This document shows positions 26,561-39,523 of a stretch of 64,000 nucleotides of DNA, piece by piece. The stretch's first letter is position 1. Every line of letters starts with the position of its first letter. The position numbers and the translations under genes are program-made. Under the pieces are notes generated by a model. It was not told the origin of the DNA and did no database searches. It worked only from the letters and a program-made list of their open reading frames with translations. This stretch comes from Tubiluchus corallicola (lineage: Eukaryota > Animalia > Priapulida): contig JAQGDQ010001002.1 in the NCBI GenBank assembly GCA_030141605.1, positions 7,180-71,179 on the forward strand. The letters run 5' to 3'.

Positions 26561-27169
26561 GCATTGCAGAAAATTTGTGTTGAATATCAACTTTAAATAT
26601 TATGTTAAATATGTAAGCACTTTTATATTTTATATTAAAAAATCCGAGAAACTGTAATGTATTCGCTGATGATGCTGAAGCTCTAAATTGCTAATAGCAA
26701 TTAACGTTCAAATTGAAACGTAATTCTCCAAGCCTCCGGAGAGAAATTTGGGTCATCTTGCTTTTGACTTGGCACATTCTCACAGTACAAAGCTGTCTTG
26801 CGCTGGCTTTTAACTTGCCAACATTGAAATAAATTATTTTGCTTATAACCTCCAAAGAGAAACTGTGTTAGCTTTTTGCTGACATTAAAATGAATATTTT
26901 TGCTCATAACAGGAGAAGTTGAATCTTGAACTTGTTCGCAATGTCAGAATGAGCATTTTTGAACATCAAAGAAATGTTCAGTTGAACATATTTGGAACGT
27001 TTTGAACATTTTTTCTACATATATTTTAATGAACATAATAGTAATCATAACAAAAATACGGAGTCCTCCATGGGTCCAGTTACCGAGCCTTCATAAGTAC
27101 ATAATATAGCAGCTTAACTCTTAGTATAACCACTGCTATAACTACAGAATTATGTAAATATGTAAATAC

Positions 27170-27840
27170 AGAAGTTTTTTGAATATTGTTTGATGAAATG
27201 ATACAAATTGGAGTTTTTTGACTTTTTTCTCCATTGTAAATAAATTGTTTGATGAAATGATATGACTTGTTCTTGAAATGCAAATTGGAGTTTTTTTACT
27301 TTTTTCTCCATTGTAAATAAATTGTTTGGTGTTCATAATATGACTTGTTCTTGAAATGTAAATTGGAGTTTTTTACTTTTTTCTCCATTGTAAATTGTTT
27401 GATGAAATGATTTGACTTGTTCTTGAAATGTAAATTGGAGTTTTTTTACTTTTTCCTCCATTGTAAATTTCATCAGAGTTTTTGACTTTTTTCTCCATTG
27501 TAAATAGTTTGATGTAATGATTTGACTTGTTCTTGAAATGTAAATTGGAGTTTTTTACTTTTTTCTCCATTGTAAATAGTTTGATGTAATGATTTGACTT
27601 GTTCTTGAAATGTAAATTGGAGTTTTTTACTTTTTTCTCCATTGTAAATAGTTTGATGAAATGATTTGACTTGTTCTTGAAATGTAAATTGGAGTTTTTT
27701 ACTTTTTTCTCCATTGTAAATAGTTTGATGAAATGATTTGACTTGTTCTTGAAATGTAAATTGGAGTTTTTTACTTTTTTCTCCATTGTAAATAGTTTGA
27801 TGAAATGATTTGACTTGTTCTTGAAATGTAAATTGGAGTG
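27170..27840. repeat. 69-bp minisatellite (related ~92-bp unit array at 31700-32670)
   Basis: aaattggagttttttactttttctccattgtaaatagtttgatgaaatgatttgacttgttcttgaaatgt. Confidence 0.9.
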
Positions 27841-28707
27841 TTTTTATGTTTATTCATGTAATGTTAGTATGTTTGCTTAACCCTTGAAGGGTCACGATTC
27901 CCCGCCCCCACACCATAATTGCTTATTGCTTGGATATTTTTCGTTGTGTATTGTAAATAAACAATTTTTGTATTTAAACAAATCAGATACTTTTATTCTG
28001 CTTGTATACTCCCATAAATGGTGCTTAAACTAAATATATAATTACAGGACAAACGTCCTATTAACGAGAACACACAACATTTTAACAACGCATTTAATAA
28101 CACACCACAAGCAGTTACTGAGTCAGCTTTTCATAAGATACTTATTAAACGAGCGATTAATACACGTTAGTGTGATCACATGACTGATCTGATTGTAAAT
28201 AAATTGCTTGATAAAATGATCACGTGACTGTTCTGATTGTAAATAAATTGCTTGATAAAGTGATCACATGACTGTTCTAATTGTAAATAAATTGCTGACA
28301 ACAATTCATATTAATAATGTGTGCAAAACTTCATAAAAATTTTACAGAAAGTTTACAGGCTGCAGCCAAGAATTAATGGAATGGGTGCTACTGTAAATGA
28401 ACTTACACGAGTGGCGACATCTCCTGGGCTGTTTAAAAAGGTTTTGATACGTAAGGATGTAGATGCAGATGAAACAGCTTGTGTTGTGTTAGCATTTTAT
28501 GCAATAGACATGAACACATTTATTTATATTTCATTCACGTAGTCTGTTTTGCAAATTTTGGAAATTTACATTGTGAGCAACCATAGTTTATTTGTGTCCT
28601 GCAAATGGCGAGGCCCTTATGTTTCTCACGAACTAATGAAATATTGTCTTATACCTGATTGGCTGAAATATGTAATTCCGCTGGAAATAAATAAATAACC
28701 AAATGAG

Positions 28708-28820
28708 TAAAGAAAGAAAGAAGGAAGCAACGAAGGAAGGAAGAAATAAAGAAAAAAAGAAAGAAAGAATGAATGAAAGAAAGAAAGAAAGAAGATATGA
28801 AAGAAAGGAAGAAGGAAGGA

Positions 28821-28851
<31 letters not shown>

Positions 28852-29110
28852 CAGGCAGGAAGGCAGGCAGGCAGGAAGGAAGGAAGGAAGATATGAAAGA
28901 AAGAAAGAAAGAAAGCAGGCAGGCAGGCAGGCAGGCAGGAAGGAAGGAAGGAAGGAAGGAAGGAAGATATGAAAGAAACAAAGAAAGAAAGAAAGAAATC
29001 TGGCCTGGTCTGGTCTGGTCTGGTCTGGTCTGGTCTGGTCTGGTCTGATCTGATCTGGTCTGGTCTGGTCTTGCCTGGTCTGATCTGATCTGATCTGATC
29101 TGATCAAATC
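28708..29110. repeat. Compound microsatellite (AAAG/GAAG/GGCA)n followed by (TGGTC/TGATC)n
   Basis: Directly visible. Confidence 0.95.
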
Positions 29111-29244
29111 TAATCTGAAAACCAATCTAAAATAAATTATTGACACAGTCTCAATAAACAATACAGTGTTCAAACAAGATTGTAAAAGTTGAACTTAAAT
29201 TAACTAGTTTTCAGTCTAGTCCTTTTGAAATGTAATTTGAAATG

Positions 29245-29560
29245 TAGAATCATAATTACAGTAACTACGTAAAATAAGTAACTCAAATCATAATTACAGT
29301 AAATCACGTAAATCACAATTACAGTAACTACGTAAAATAAGTAACTCAAATCATAATTACAGTAACTACGTAAAATAAGTAACTCAAATCATAATTACAG
29401 TAACTACGTAAAATAAATAACTCAAATCATAATTACAGTAAATCACGTAAATCACAATTACAGTAACTACGGAAAATAAGTAACTCAAATCATAATTACA
29501 GTAACTACGTAAAATAAGTAACTCAAATCATAATTACAGTAAATCACGTAAATCACAATT
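29245..29560. repeat. ~38-bp tandem repeat
   Basis: aaatcataattacagtaactacgtaaaataagtaactc. Confidence 0.9.
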
Positions 29561-30515
29561 TAAACCGATAAATTTCCAATTTTATCCACGGCAATTTCAA
29601 TCGTTCAATATTTAATGGAGTTTTGTATGTTCTATAATTGTTGGTACGAGTTCAATGCCCATAAGTTCCAATTTTATCCACAATCGTTCATCTTTAATGG
29701 AGTTTTGTATGTTCTATAATTGTTAGTACGAGTTCAATACCGATAACTTTCAATTTTATCCACGGCAATTTCAATCGTTCAATATTTAATGGAGTTTTGT
29801 ATGTTCTATAATTGTTAGTACGAGTTCAATACCGATAACTTTCAATTTTATACACTGCAATTTCAATCGTTCAATGTTTAATGGAGTTTTGTATGTTCTA
29901 TAATTGTTGGTACGAGTTCAATGCCCATAACTTCCAATTTTATCCACAATCGTTCATCTTTAATGGAGTTTTGTATGTTCTATAATTGTTAGTACGAGTT
30001 CAATACCGATAACTTTCAATTTTATCCACGGCAATTTCAATCGTTCAATATTTAATGGAGTTTTGTATGTTCTATAATTGTTAGTACGAGTTCAATACCG
30101 ATAACTTTCAATTTTATCCACGGCAATTTCAATCGTTCAATCTTTAATGGAGTTTTGTATGTTCTATAATTGTTAGTACGAGTTCAATACCGATAGCTTT
30201 CAATTTTATCCACGGCAATTTCAATCGTTCAATATTTAATGGAGTTTTGTATGTTCTATAATTGTTAGTACGAGTTCAATACCGATAACTTTCAATTTTA
30301 TACACTGCAATTTCAATCGTTCATTCTTTAATGGAGTTTTGTATGTTCTATAATTGTTGGTACGAGTTCAATACCGATAACTTTCAATTTTATTCACTGC
30401 AATTTCAATCGTTCAATCTTTAATGGAGTTTTTGTATGTTCTATAATTTTTGGCACTAGTTCAATGCCAATAACTTTCAATTTTGTCAACAATCGTTCAT
30501 CTTTAATGGAGTTTT
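29560..30515. repeat. ~92-bp minisatellite, second array
   Basis: Same unit as 23445-24420. Confidence 0.95.
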
Positions 30516-30526
30516 GAACGTGCTAT

Positions 30527-31640
30527 CTTTAAGGAACCTTTTTTCGTACAGTATTTTTCAATGATCATGTTCAGTTTCAACAAATGAATTTTGATCTTGC
30601 AATCTTTAAATAGCGGCTGTTTTCTGTACCGTTATTGTTGGTACAGTTTCAATGCCGACTGTTACGTTCAACTTTATCAAGCAGTTTTAACTGTGCAATC
30701 TTTCATAACGTGCATTTCTCCATATGTCATGACAGGAGTTTTTCCCTGATGCCTTGGCATTTTTTGAAATATTCTAGTTTCGGTACTGTTTACCTTCGTC
30801 ATTGTCATGTCACTTTATGTGATATATTAGCAGTAGTTGTCACCACTGTTATCAGTTTTACTTGTTTACTGCTTTAGTACTGATTAATAATCAGTAATTA
30901 TGTTCAATTTCATCAAGACAATTCTTTAAAATATTAAGTTTCTCTCTTATAATGCATTTGTCGCCTTGATGGCAGTTTTTCACGTGACATTAATAGTGAC
31001 ACGCGTCACGTTACCATGTCTCTTCATTTGTAGCCTTGATGGCAGTTTTTTCGTTACTATTGCATCATTTTATTGACACGTTGATGATGGTACTTTCCAT
31101 TACTGTTCTATAACATCCATCACTATACTGTGACATGGCTATGTATCATGTTACTCGATGAAGACATTAATAGTGACTCGCATCACGTTATCATGTCTCT
31201 TCATTTGACGCCTTGATGGCAGATTTTTCGTTACTATCACATCATTTTATGTGACACGTTGATCACTATCACTACATTTTTTACATGAACCAGTAATGTT
31301 AATTTCAATCATTTTGTCATACAAAGATTTGTTCATCCTTTCCCAGCATATGAGGAATAATGGCTGAATGTTTCTTCTATGAAAATAATTGCTATTATGA
31401 CACACAACCTTGTATATAGTCAAGCTGTTATTTTGACTATAGGCACAAGTTTGCCACCTTGCATAATTTAAAGATGTTGCCTAATGTCGTAACCATGGCT
31501 GTCCATGTATAGATAACGTTTGAATATACAATCAATTAAATATGGCTGAAATATGTGTCGCCATGTTGTTAAAAATTAGCTTCCCACCGCCTGGTCACTA
31601 TCGGCATGGGAGGGGGATCAATTCTATTATGAACACTTTT
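30527..31640 (+). repeat. Direct duplicate of 24420-25540
   Basis: Colinear similarity with internal indels. Confidence 0.9.
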
Positions 31641-31699
31641 TATGCTACAAATCATTAAAATGTTTTGAGCGTTCTTTGAACAATTACGCTTCTTAATGA

Positions 31700-32670
31700 A
31701 CAATTAATGAATATTGTTTGATGAAATGATTCAAAATTGGGAGTTTTTTTTACTTTTTTCTCCATTGTAAATATATAGCTTAATGAAATGATATGAATTG
31801 TTTGAATATTGCTTGATGAAATGATACAAATTGGAGTTTTTTTACTTTTTTCTCCATTGTAAATATATAGCTTAATGAAATGATATGAATTGTTTGTATA
31901 TTGCTTGATGAAATGATACAAATTGGAGTTTTTTTACTTTTTTCTCCATTGTAAATAAGTTGCTTAATGAAATGATATGAATTGTTTGAATATTGCTTGA
32001 TGAAATAATACAAATTGGAGTTTTTTTACTTTTTTCTCCATTGTAAATATATACCTTAATGAAATGATATGAATTGTTTGAATATTGCTTGATGAAATGA
32101 TACAAATTGGAGTTTTTTTACTTTTTTTTCCATTGTAAATAAGTTGCTTAATGAAATGGTATGAATTGTTTGAATATTGCTTGATGAAATGATACAAATT
32201 GGAGTTTTTTTACTTTTTTCTTCATTGTAAATAAATTGCTTAATGAAATGATATGAATTGTTTGAATATTGCTTAATGAAATGATATGAATTGTTTGAAT
32301 ATTGCTTGATCAAATGATACAAATGGGAGTTTTTTTACTTTTTTCTCCATTGTAAATAAATTGCTTAATGAATGAAATGATATGAATTGTTTGAATATTG
32401 CTTGATGAAATGATACAAATTGGAGTTTTTTACTTTTTTCTCCATTGTAAATAAATTGCTTAATGAATGAAATGATATGAATTGTTTGAATATTGCTTGA
32501 TGAAATGATACAAATTGGAGTTTTTTACTTTTTTCTCCATTGTAAATAAATTGCTTAATGAATGAAATGATATGAATTGTTTGAATATTGCTTGATGAAA
32601 TGATACAAATTGGAGTTTTTTGACTTTTTTCTCCATTGTAAATAAATTGTGTAATGAAATGTTATCACTT
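31700..32670. repeat. ~92-95-bp minisatellite related to the 69-bp unit at 27170-27840
   Basis: Shared core atacaaattggagtttttttactttttctccattgtaaat. Confidence 0.9.
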
Positions 32671-33823
32671 GTTCTTAAAATGTTATTCTCTAGAAATTCT
32701 TTGTGCTGTAAATATTCTTTATTGTGTATATTGTGTCAATATATTTTCAAATGTTAAATTGAAATTAACAATTGTAAATTGTTATTGTATTGTATTGTAA
32801 ATAAACAATTTTTGTATTTAAACAAATCAGATACTTTTATTCTGCATGTATACTCCCATAAATGATGTTTAAACTAAATGTATAATTAACGTTCTATTAA
32901 CGAGAACACAACATTTTAACAACGCATTTAATAACACACCACAAGCAGTTACTGGGTCAGCTTTTCAACAACATTTTAACAACGCATTTAATAACACACC
33001 ACAAGCAGTTACTGGGTCAGCTTTTCATAAAATCCATATTAAAAAACGAGCGATTATTACACGTTTACGGCTAAAACATTTGATAATAAAAAAGTAAACA
33101 ATGACTTGGTACTGCATGTTGTGAAAATGGTTGGAGGTGGTACGTTTTGTTTGCTGTTTTCACGCTTGCTTACTCGTCTGTTTAATTCTTTGCTTACTGA
33201 CTTTTTGCTGTTTCGTTTGCTTATTTGCAACAATGCGCGTTTATTCAAGTAGTGTTTTGATCTTCAATGTTGTTCTTTTGTCTTTTGCAGTATAACCTCT
33301 TCCACCGTACGAACAACTACCAGTAGTCCTACCGCAGCCGGCCGCCATTGTTGTCGTATATTTACAAATATAATTAGTTACATATTTACAATACATACAT
33401 GAATATAATAACGCACAAAATTATAGAACGGGAAAACAAAACAATAAACAGACAGAAATGACAATTATTAACTTTAATAATTATACTTGAAAGTGCCAAA
33501 CAATTATTTCTATCCTCCATCTAAATAAATAAAATAAGAAAATTTTTTTAAAAAAAACATTCTTTTAAAACACCTGCTAAATAAAGCCATGCTATTCACA
33601 ATAATTTTAATTTCAACTTTAAACATCTAAATAAATAAAATAAAAAAATTTTTAAAAAACCTATCAGATAAGAAACCTCCTAATTATAATATTCCAAATT
33701 TAAACATCTAGATAAATTTAATTAAATAGCATTCAACTTGAAACAACACAACTACTTCAAAAAATAAAAAGCCGTTAAAAAATTCCCTGTATTCGTATAT
33801 ATATGTGTGTATTTATGTAATAC

Positions 33824-33934
33824 GGAGGGCCGTGCAGTTGCAGAGCTCAGCTTTAACAACGCACGGTCGGCTGCGGCTTGAGAAGATTAAGAGTTGGGGT
33901 TTAGCAGCCGAAACTCGACTTCCAAGTTACCTCC
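33824..33934 (+). ncRNA. Putative structured RNA domain A in the terminal repeat (multi-stem junction; also 43725-43835 and inverted at ~46707-46817)
   Basis: GGAGG/CCTCC closing helix; GGCCGTGC/GCACGGTC; CGGCTGC/GCAGCCG; GACT/AGTT; G-U pairs form only on the + strand. Confidence 0.5.
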
Positions 33935-34292
33935 TGATGACTCCAAAAATCTGTAATTGTATTTGTCTTCTCGTTATCCTCACTCCTTTCATAACGCATT
34001 CATTGAAAAATATTATAACTATATGTACATATGAAAATAACAAAAATTCTCTTCTCTACATTAGCTCAAGCTATTTGATAATTATTGATTACTATCGTGC
34101 CTAAATTTTAACTCAATCACCTCTCAAAAAGCTAAAAATATAATATAATATGTAAAACCCACTCCCATGACCATCTTTATCCAAACTGTTTTTTCTCGCT
34201 ATCCTACTCTTACTGACCTGCCTAACTGTTCCTGTTTAACACTTCTTATAAACTTCTATTCTCGCTAGTACAAACTATATTTACTAACAATT

Positions 34293-34420
34293 GCCAGGTG
34301 CCACTTAGCTGGTCGGCCGCTGCTATAGCGATATGCTTCAGTTTAAACCTAGACATGTGCTCGCATCTAGCATAACCTCTTGGTTATCGCATTTCCAGGG
34401 CCAATTTTATATTGGTTTTC
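34293..34420 (+). ncRNA. Putative structured RNA domain B at the fixed end of the terminal repeat (5 copies in window)
   Basis: (G/A)CCAG/CTGGT, GGCC/GGCC, CGCTG/TAGCG, ATGC/GCAT, CTAGA/TCTAG, ATAACC/GGTTAT, CCAAT/ATTGG followed by TTTT. Confidence 0.5.
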
Positions 34421-36445
34421 ATAAACAAATAAATAAGATGCACACCCCTGTCATCTAAGGTTTGCTGATCTTACTCTATTCCGCTCACTAACATACTATA
34501 ACCTACAACCAACTCTACCATCTTCTTTCTTTACAAATATCATCAACATGCGATCTTATGCGCAACCCTCAATAATGAAATATTATAAAATTTATAAGGT
34601 TAATAATGCTAAATATTAATATCAAAATCTCCTAGTATTTTCTTTTAATAAAAACCTCCTTAACCTCCAAAAATCAACCTAAACCACTTCATAAACCATA
34701 ATGAATGGAAACCTGTTTAATAATTTAATTAAATTTACTTTTTCTAAATGAGCCCAAATATCAAATCATACTAATTTTTTGAATGCCTAGATTTGTTTGA
34801 TCTTATATATTTATCTTACAGAACTCATATGTATAATTTTATTTTTACAAGAGCTATATACTCTTCCTTTGACTCTGATCGCAATGCAACTATGTCACAA
34901 AATATTCACTTCACTAACAAGAACTACAACAAAAGTAAATAAGTTGGTTCTAAAAAGGTTTTATTACAAGTTTTCCAAAAATAAGGTTGTATTATAGCTT
35001 TTCCAAATAATAAACTTGTATCATTTCTTTCAAATATAATAAAAAAATTTAAAATCCAAAAAATTTTACAAAAATAGATCATTTCAACTCAGCTTTCTAT
35101 TATAAACATAGGTTTTTCAATAACATAATTTTTCAATAATAAAACTTCCATACAACAGTGCAAACCAAGCTAGCTAGATTTCCACTCACCAGAAATAAGA
35201 ATTCTAATATGAACAGAAAAATATATACAATACAACCAGTTATCAAAGCAGCTTATCACCCTTGCATCAAACCAGCCAAAATGAGCACACCAAATAACTA
35301 TGCAAAACTACAATAAAAACCAACTAGCAAATAAACATAAACCAAACAAGCATAAAACTAAAAATCCTTTATCCAAAAATACATTTACTAAAGTCTATAA
35401 ATTTAGAATTACTTTTCTCAAAAAACTTTACACAGCTACAAGCACAATAAGCAACTTAAAAATAACCATAATTATGAATACATACTCACTAACACTAATA
35501 ACAAACAAAAAACAACAACTATATCAAATTTAAACTAATAGTAAGCATATATGTGTATGTAATCCAGAAACTCCATAACCCGGCGCATTTCCAAATTCTT
35601 GTCCGCTACTTAATAGAATACCTCGAATCTGGAAAAAGAAAATTGTTAGTCATCTTACAAAACAATCACTAAATAACTAGACACCTGCCCTTTATCGGTT
35701 TTAACTCTCTTGTAGTGTAGTAACCAGAACACATTTTAGAAATACTAAAAAACCTACTGACACATTTTCGGAATCTGTTATCCTCTTGTATTTCCTCATG
35801 ATAAATCAAGAAAACATATCTCATATTATGAACGTTCATTACAAAGAAAAGTTCTAATTTAAACAATTTAAAACAACCTAAATGTTAAAAACATTCACAA
35901 TCAAGGATATTTATCCAAAAGTATTCCTCTGAAAAAACTCTGGAAAAACTCTAAAAAAGCCTTAAAAAACCTTCTAAAAATTGGAAAGTTTTTAAAAAAT
36001 TATAAAGCTTGCTTTACAAACACATATAGCCTTACTTTCAGAAAACACAATGATACAAAACAATGGTAAAAACATAAAAAGCAACACAAAAATTCTAATC
36101 AGCATGCAATACCCAAAAAATTCATAAATTAACTACTGTATATATATATAAAATTTTTTTGTTTTTTATTGTTTTTATTGTGTTTTTTATTTTTCTGTTT
36201 TTTATGCATATAAAAAGAAACAATAAGACTACACAAAAATAGAACTAACACAAACAAAAATAAAACTACCAGACCACAAGAAAGCAGGCGCAAACAAAAA
36301 ACTAAGCACACAAACTAACAAAAAACCCCACAATAACTACAGCAACAAAACTGCACAAAACCTACACAATTAACAAAACAATTTAGCTATACCAATACAC
36401 ACAACCAAAGATCAAACCACCTTAACAAATCACTTCCATTAAATT

Positions 36446-38884
36446 CTAACAACCAGAAGCCGGCCTATAATCCAATGCTCTCATGAAAGATGTTTTTTGA
36501 AATAATACATTTCGCAACTTGCCATTTACAGGATTAGCCTGCATAAAACCTTTCAAATTTAACATACGACTAACCATAGACGAAACCCCTGTAACTGCAT
36601 CAAACAAACAGTTATAAAACACCCTAAAACCACCATTACGAACTCTCGACGATGAGACAGCCCGTGCACTACCAACGTTACCTACATGAGAACGAATAAC
36701 AGAGGCAGGATAACCTAGACGACGCAAACGAGAAGAAAAAACCTCCATCCTATGTTGATACTCCACATAATCACTGCAAATACGATCGTTCCTCACACTT
36801 TCCGTAAGACATAAACCCTTAAAGACAAAATCAGGATGATTTGAATCATAATGTAAATAAACCATAGGATTCTGAGATTTCACATGCGTATAAATCATCG
36901 CCCTCCTTCCCCTAGTACCTGATAAACGTATCTCTAAATCCAAAAATACAGCACGGTCGAATCCCACTTTCATTTCTAAAGACAAGCTTTCGGGATAATA
37001 CTGCTTAATAGCATCCAAAAACATCAAAAGATAATCAAAAAGAACCAAAGCTAAACCATCATCCGCATACCTCTTAAAGAACTTAACACTACCCATCAGA
37101 CTTGATTGATCCTTATACAACCTATACTCAGAAAATAACAAAACATTATTGACAGCCGCCAAAGAGCTCTTGGAACCCATAAATAAACCTGAAACCTGCC
37201 TATAGATGTAATCCCCCACCCTAAAATAATTTTGATTTATAGACTCATTTAAAAGAAGCAAAAAAGACTCGATATCATAAAAATCAATACCCAGCATAAG
37301 CAAGCTTGACTTAACACTAGAACGTACATCAACATGACTTACATTAGTATATAATTCTGCAAAATCAAATTCCACTATAGCTAAGCGTAGCGAAACATCC
37401 AAAGTTTTCAAAATAGAAGCCGCCCTAGAACTATTCGTCACCAGAGTCCGTACCCCAAATTCAGACTGCATCCTCTCAAGCAATGCCTCATTAATCTTAT
37501 CTAACTTCTTACCAACCAACTCACTTAACTCCAAATTCACTGCATCATAACCAGTAATGATAGGACTACACTTTAGCAGAAACTCAGTCTCCGGGGAGCT
37601 AGAACTCAACTTATGAACCTTTGGCAATAGTACCATAAATGGAATATTATAATTTCTTTTTGAGCGTAATACTGCAGCAGCCTCACCTACTTTGGGTAAA
37701 TAAACCTCTCTGCCAGAAACATCAATATAATTCTTAATTCGCTTAATCCGAGCAATATACTCTCGTACAGAAAACTCAACTCGACTCCTACAGTCCGCAA
37801 CAACCTGAGCCACTTTCAAACTACACCTTTCATAACAGGTTTGAGAAAGCTGACGATCATACTCCCTACGATAATATTCCAAAGTATTTACTGAAAACCC
37901 ACAGTTCTTATCAGCTGTACGAATAACTAAACCATTACGCCTAGCCAACTTCTTTAAACCATTAATTATCTCTGATGTTCTATAAATTGAAGAACCCTTT
38001 AAAGTGCTTAACCCATAATGCCTAATTCTACTTATCTCCCTATCTAACCTAAATAAAATATTTGTAATCTCCATCTTTGCCGACTTCGATAAATCCGGAT
38101 GACTTAAATACCTCAATATCTCTACTCTTGTAAACCTAGCTGGTCTTATCCATATGTTCAACAAACGCAAAATATACTTTAACAAAGCGGTCTCCACAGA
38201 TTCCTTTAAGGTCCGAATTAATTTATTTACCTGTACAGGCATCTTAGGTACGAAACCAGTACCCTGACTTAAAAAATCAACTTGCTCCTTACTTAACTTA
38301 TGACCAGTAAAATTATGAACCCGAGATGTCAAACCACTAGTTACGCGTTCTTTCTCAGCACCACGCTCAACTGATCTTAGACCTCGATAATACCCATCTA
38401 TAATACGACTCTCCAACGACCTCATTGCTCGTTTTAAACGACCATACGGAATAGCATCTCTCTTCTTAACTAATCTAGGTAAATGTATACCTGCCATCCT
38501 CTTATCCAACATAAACTTATAACGATGTAAATTCCTATATGCATCACCTTCAAGCCGAACCAAATCTCTCAAAATATCAACACTTGACTCTACAGAATCA
38601 CGATCCTCCATAGAAAGAACACCACCACATCGAAAGCTTAAACTATTATGTAAACTTATGAAACTATATTTGCGCCTCAACACTGCACTCACATAAATAG
38701 CACTCAACTTTACCAAAGCGACTACATAAGAAAACACCAATACATTAAAAGAAGACTTTAACACATGCTTTCGATAAAAAGAAGTATATTGCCTTACCAC
38801 ACCTTGCCCATACGCCACATGAAATGAATCCATACTACCATCAAACAATCCATTCAACAAACCAAAAAAATTTACCCCTAACAC
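36446..38884 (-). CDS. Penelope-like reverse transcriptase (812-aa ORF; no GIY-YIG domain)
   Basis: PLE N-terminal motif VHNFTGHKLSKEQVDFLSQGTGFVP, IRTADKN (DKG-type motif), LPKVHK, FDFAELYTNV, YRQVSGLFMGS, RYADD, FLDL, thumb YLHYDSNHP...RICS...LRRLGYP; the true start is uncertain (splice acceptor before 38925). Confidence 0.92.
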   Translation of the reverse strand: MLGVNFFGLLNGLFDGSMDSFHVAYGQGVVRQYTSFYRKHVLKSSFNVLVFSYVVALVKLSAIYVSAVLRRKYSFISLHNSLSFRCGGVLSMEDRDSVESSVDILRDLVRLEGDAYRNLHRYKFMLDKRMAGIHLPRLVKKRDAIPYGRLKRAMRSLESRIIDGYYRGLRSVERGAEKERVTSGLTSRVHNFTGHKLSKEQVDFLSQGTGFVPKMPVQVNKLIRTLKESVETALLKYILRLLNIWIRPARFTRVEILRYLSHPDLSKSAKMEITNILFRLDREISRIRHYGLSTLKGSSIYRTSEIINGLKKLARRNGLVIRTADKNCGFSVNTLEYYRREYDRQLSQTCYERCSLKVAQVVADCRSRVEFSVREYIARIKRIKNYIDVSGREVYLPKVGEAAAVLRSKRNYNIPFMVLLPKVHKLSSSSPETEFLLKCSPIITGYDAVNLELSELVGKKLDKINEALLERMQSEFGVRTLVTNSSRAASILKTLDVSLRLAIVEFDFAELYTNVSHVDVRSSVKSSLLMLGIDFYDIESFLLLLNESINQNYFRVGDYIYRQVSGLFMGSKSSLAAVNNVLLFSEYRLYKDQSSLMGSVKFFKRYADDGLALVLFDYLLMFLDAIKQYYPESLSLEMKVGFDRAVFLDLEIRLSGTRGRRAMIYTHVKSQNPMVYLHYDSNHPDFVFKGLCLTESVRNDRICSDYVEYQHRMEVFSSRLRRLGYPASVIRSHVGNVGSARAVSSSRVRNGGFRVFYNCLFDAVTGVSSMVSRMLNLKGFMQANPVNGKLRNVLFQKTSFMRALDYRPASGC

Positions 38885-39523
38885 ACCGATCTCCGAATAA
38901 GGTAGCCCGAAAGACTGTACAGACTCTGTAAAATAAAAAACTTAAACGGTTAAGACAATTTTAAACAAAAATTACTCTACTACATCACAAATGGAACTTG
39001 CATTCAATAAATCAAAACAATCAAATTTAAGATCTTTAAGAAGAATGCCAAAATTTTTTAATAATAAAATTTCAAACAAAATTAATCATTACTGCAACTA
39101 CAATAACTCAAACAAGAAATCTTACGCAAATCTAAACAACAAAAAATCACACAAAACAAAACCAACCAAAAGCCAAATATAACAGATTTCAAAAAATTTT
39201 TTTTAAAAAAATCACAAAAAACTAACTTTAAGCAAAACCTTAGCCTGACATAATACAGTTTAAAAATCTCTTAGAATAGCTTGATAGTACAGTATAGTAT
39301 GGTATAGTTTCTTTGAAGTGTTTTATAACCTTTTAGAATAGCTTGATAGTATAATATAGTGTAGTTAGTGTTTTTGTAACCTTTTATCTCAAATTTATTT
39401 TCTAAAAAACTTCTTCCTAATTTACCTCTACCCATTACCTTCCAAGATCTCTTCCACCCTACTACTACCTAATCTAATCTAATTAAATTCCGACCGACTG
39501 ACTTACTTAATATAAGCCCCAAC

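Larger units (their letters stand above)
33518..34429 (+). repeat. Left terminal repeat (pLTR-like) of the PLE
   Basis: Near-identical to 43421-44330; the same 99-aa ORF occurs at 33805 and 43706. Confidence 0.95.

Noticed and set aside
28649-29173. Low-complexity ORFs (also 2071-2304, 27373-27786, 31655-32322, 58647-59224, 59372-59696)
   Set aside because: Microsatellite or minisatellite translations
33905-33945. Canonical hammerhead ribozyme (CGAAAC ... CTGATGA)
   Set aside because: There is no room for stem I and the stem II flanks are not complementary; kept only as part of structured domain A
33805-34104. 99-aa ORF repeated at 43706 and 46537
   Set aside because: GTG start, no motifs; it recurs only because it lies in the terminal repeat
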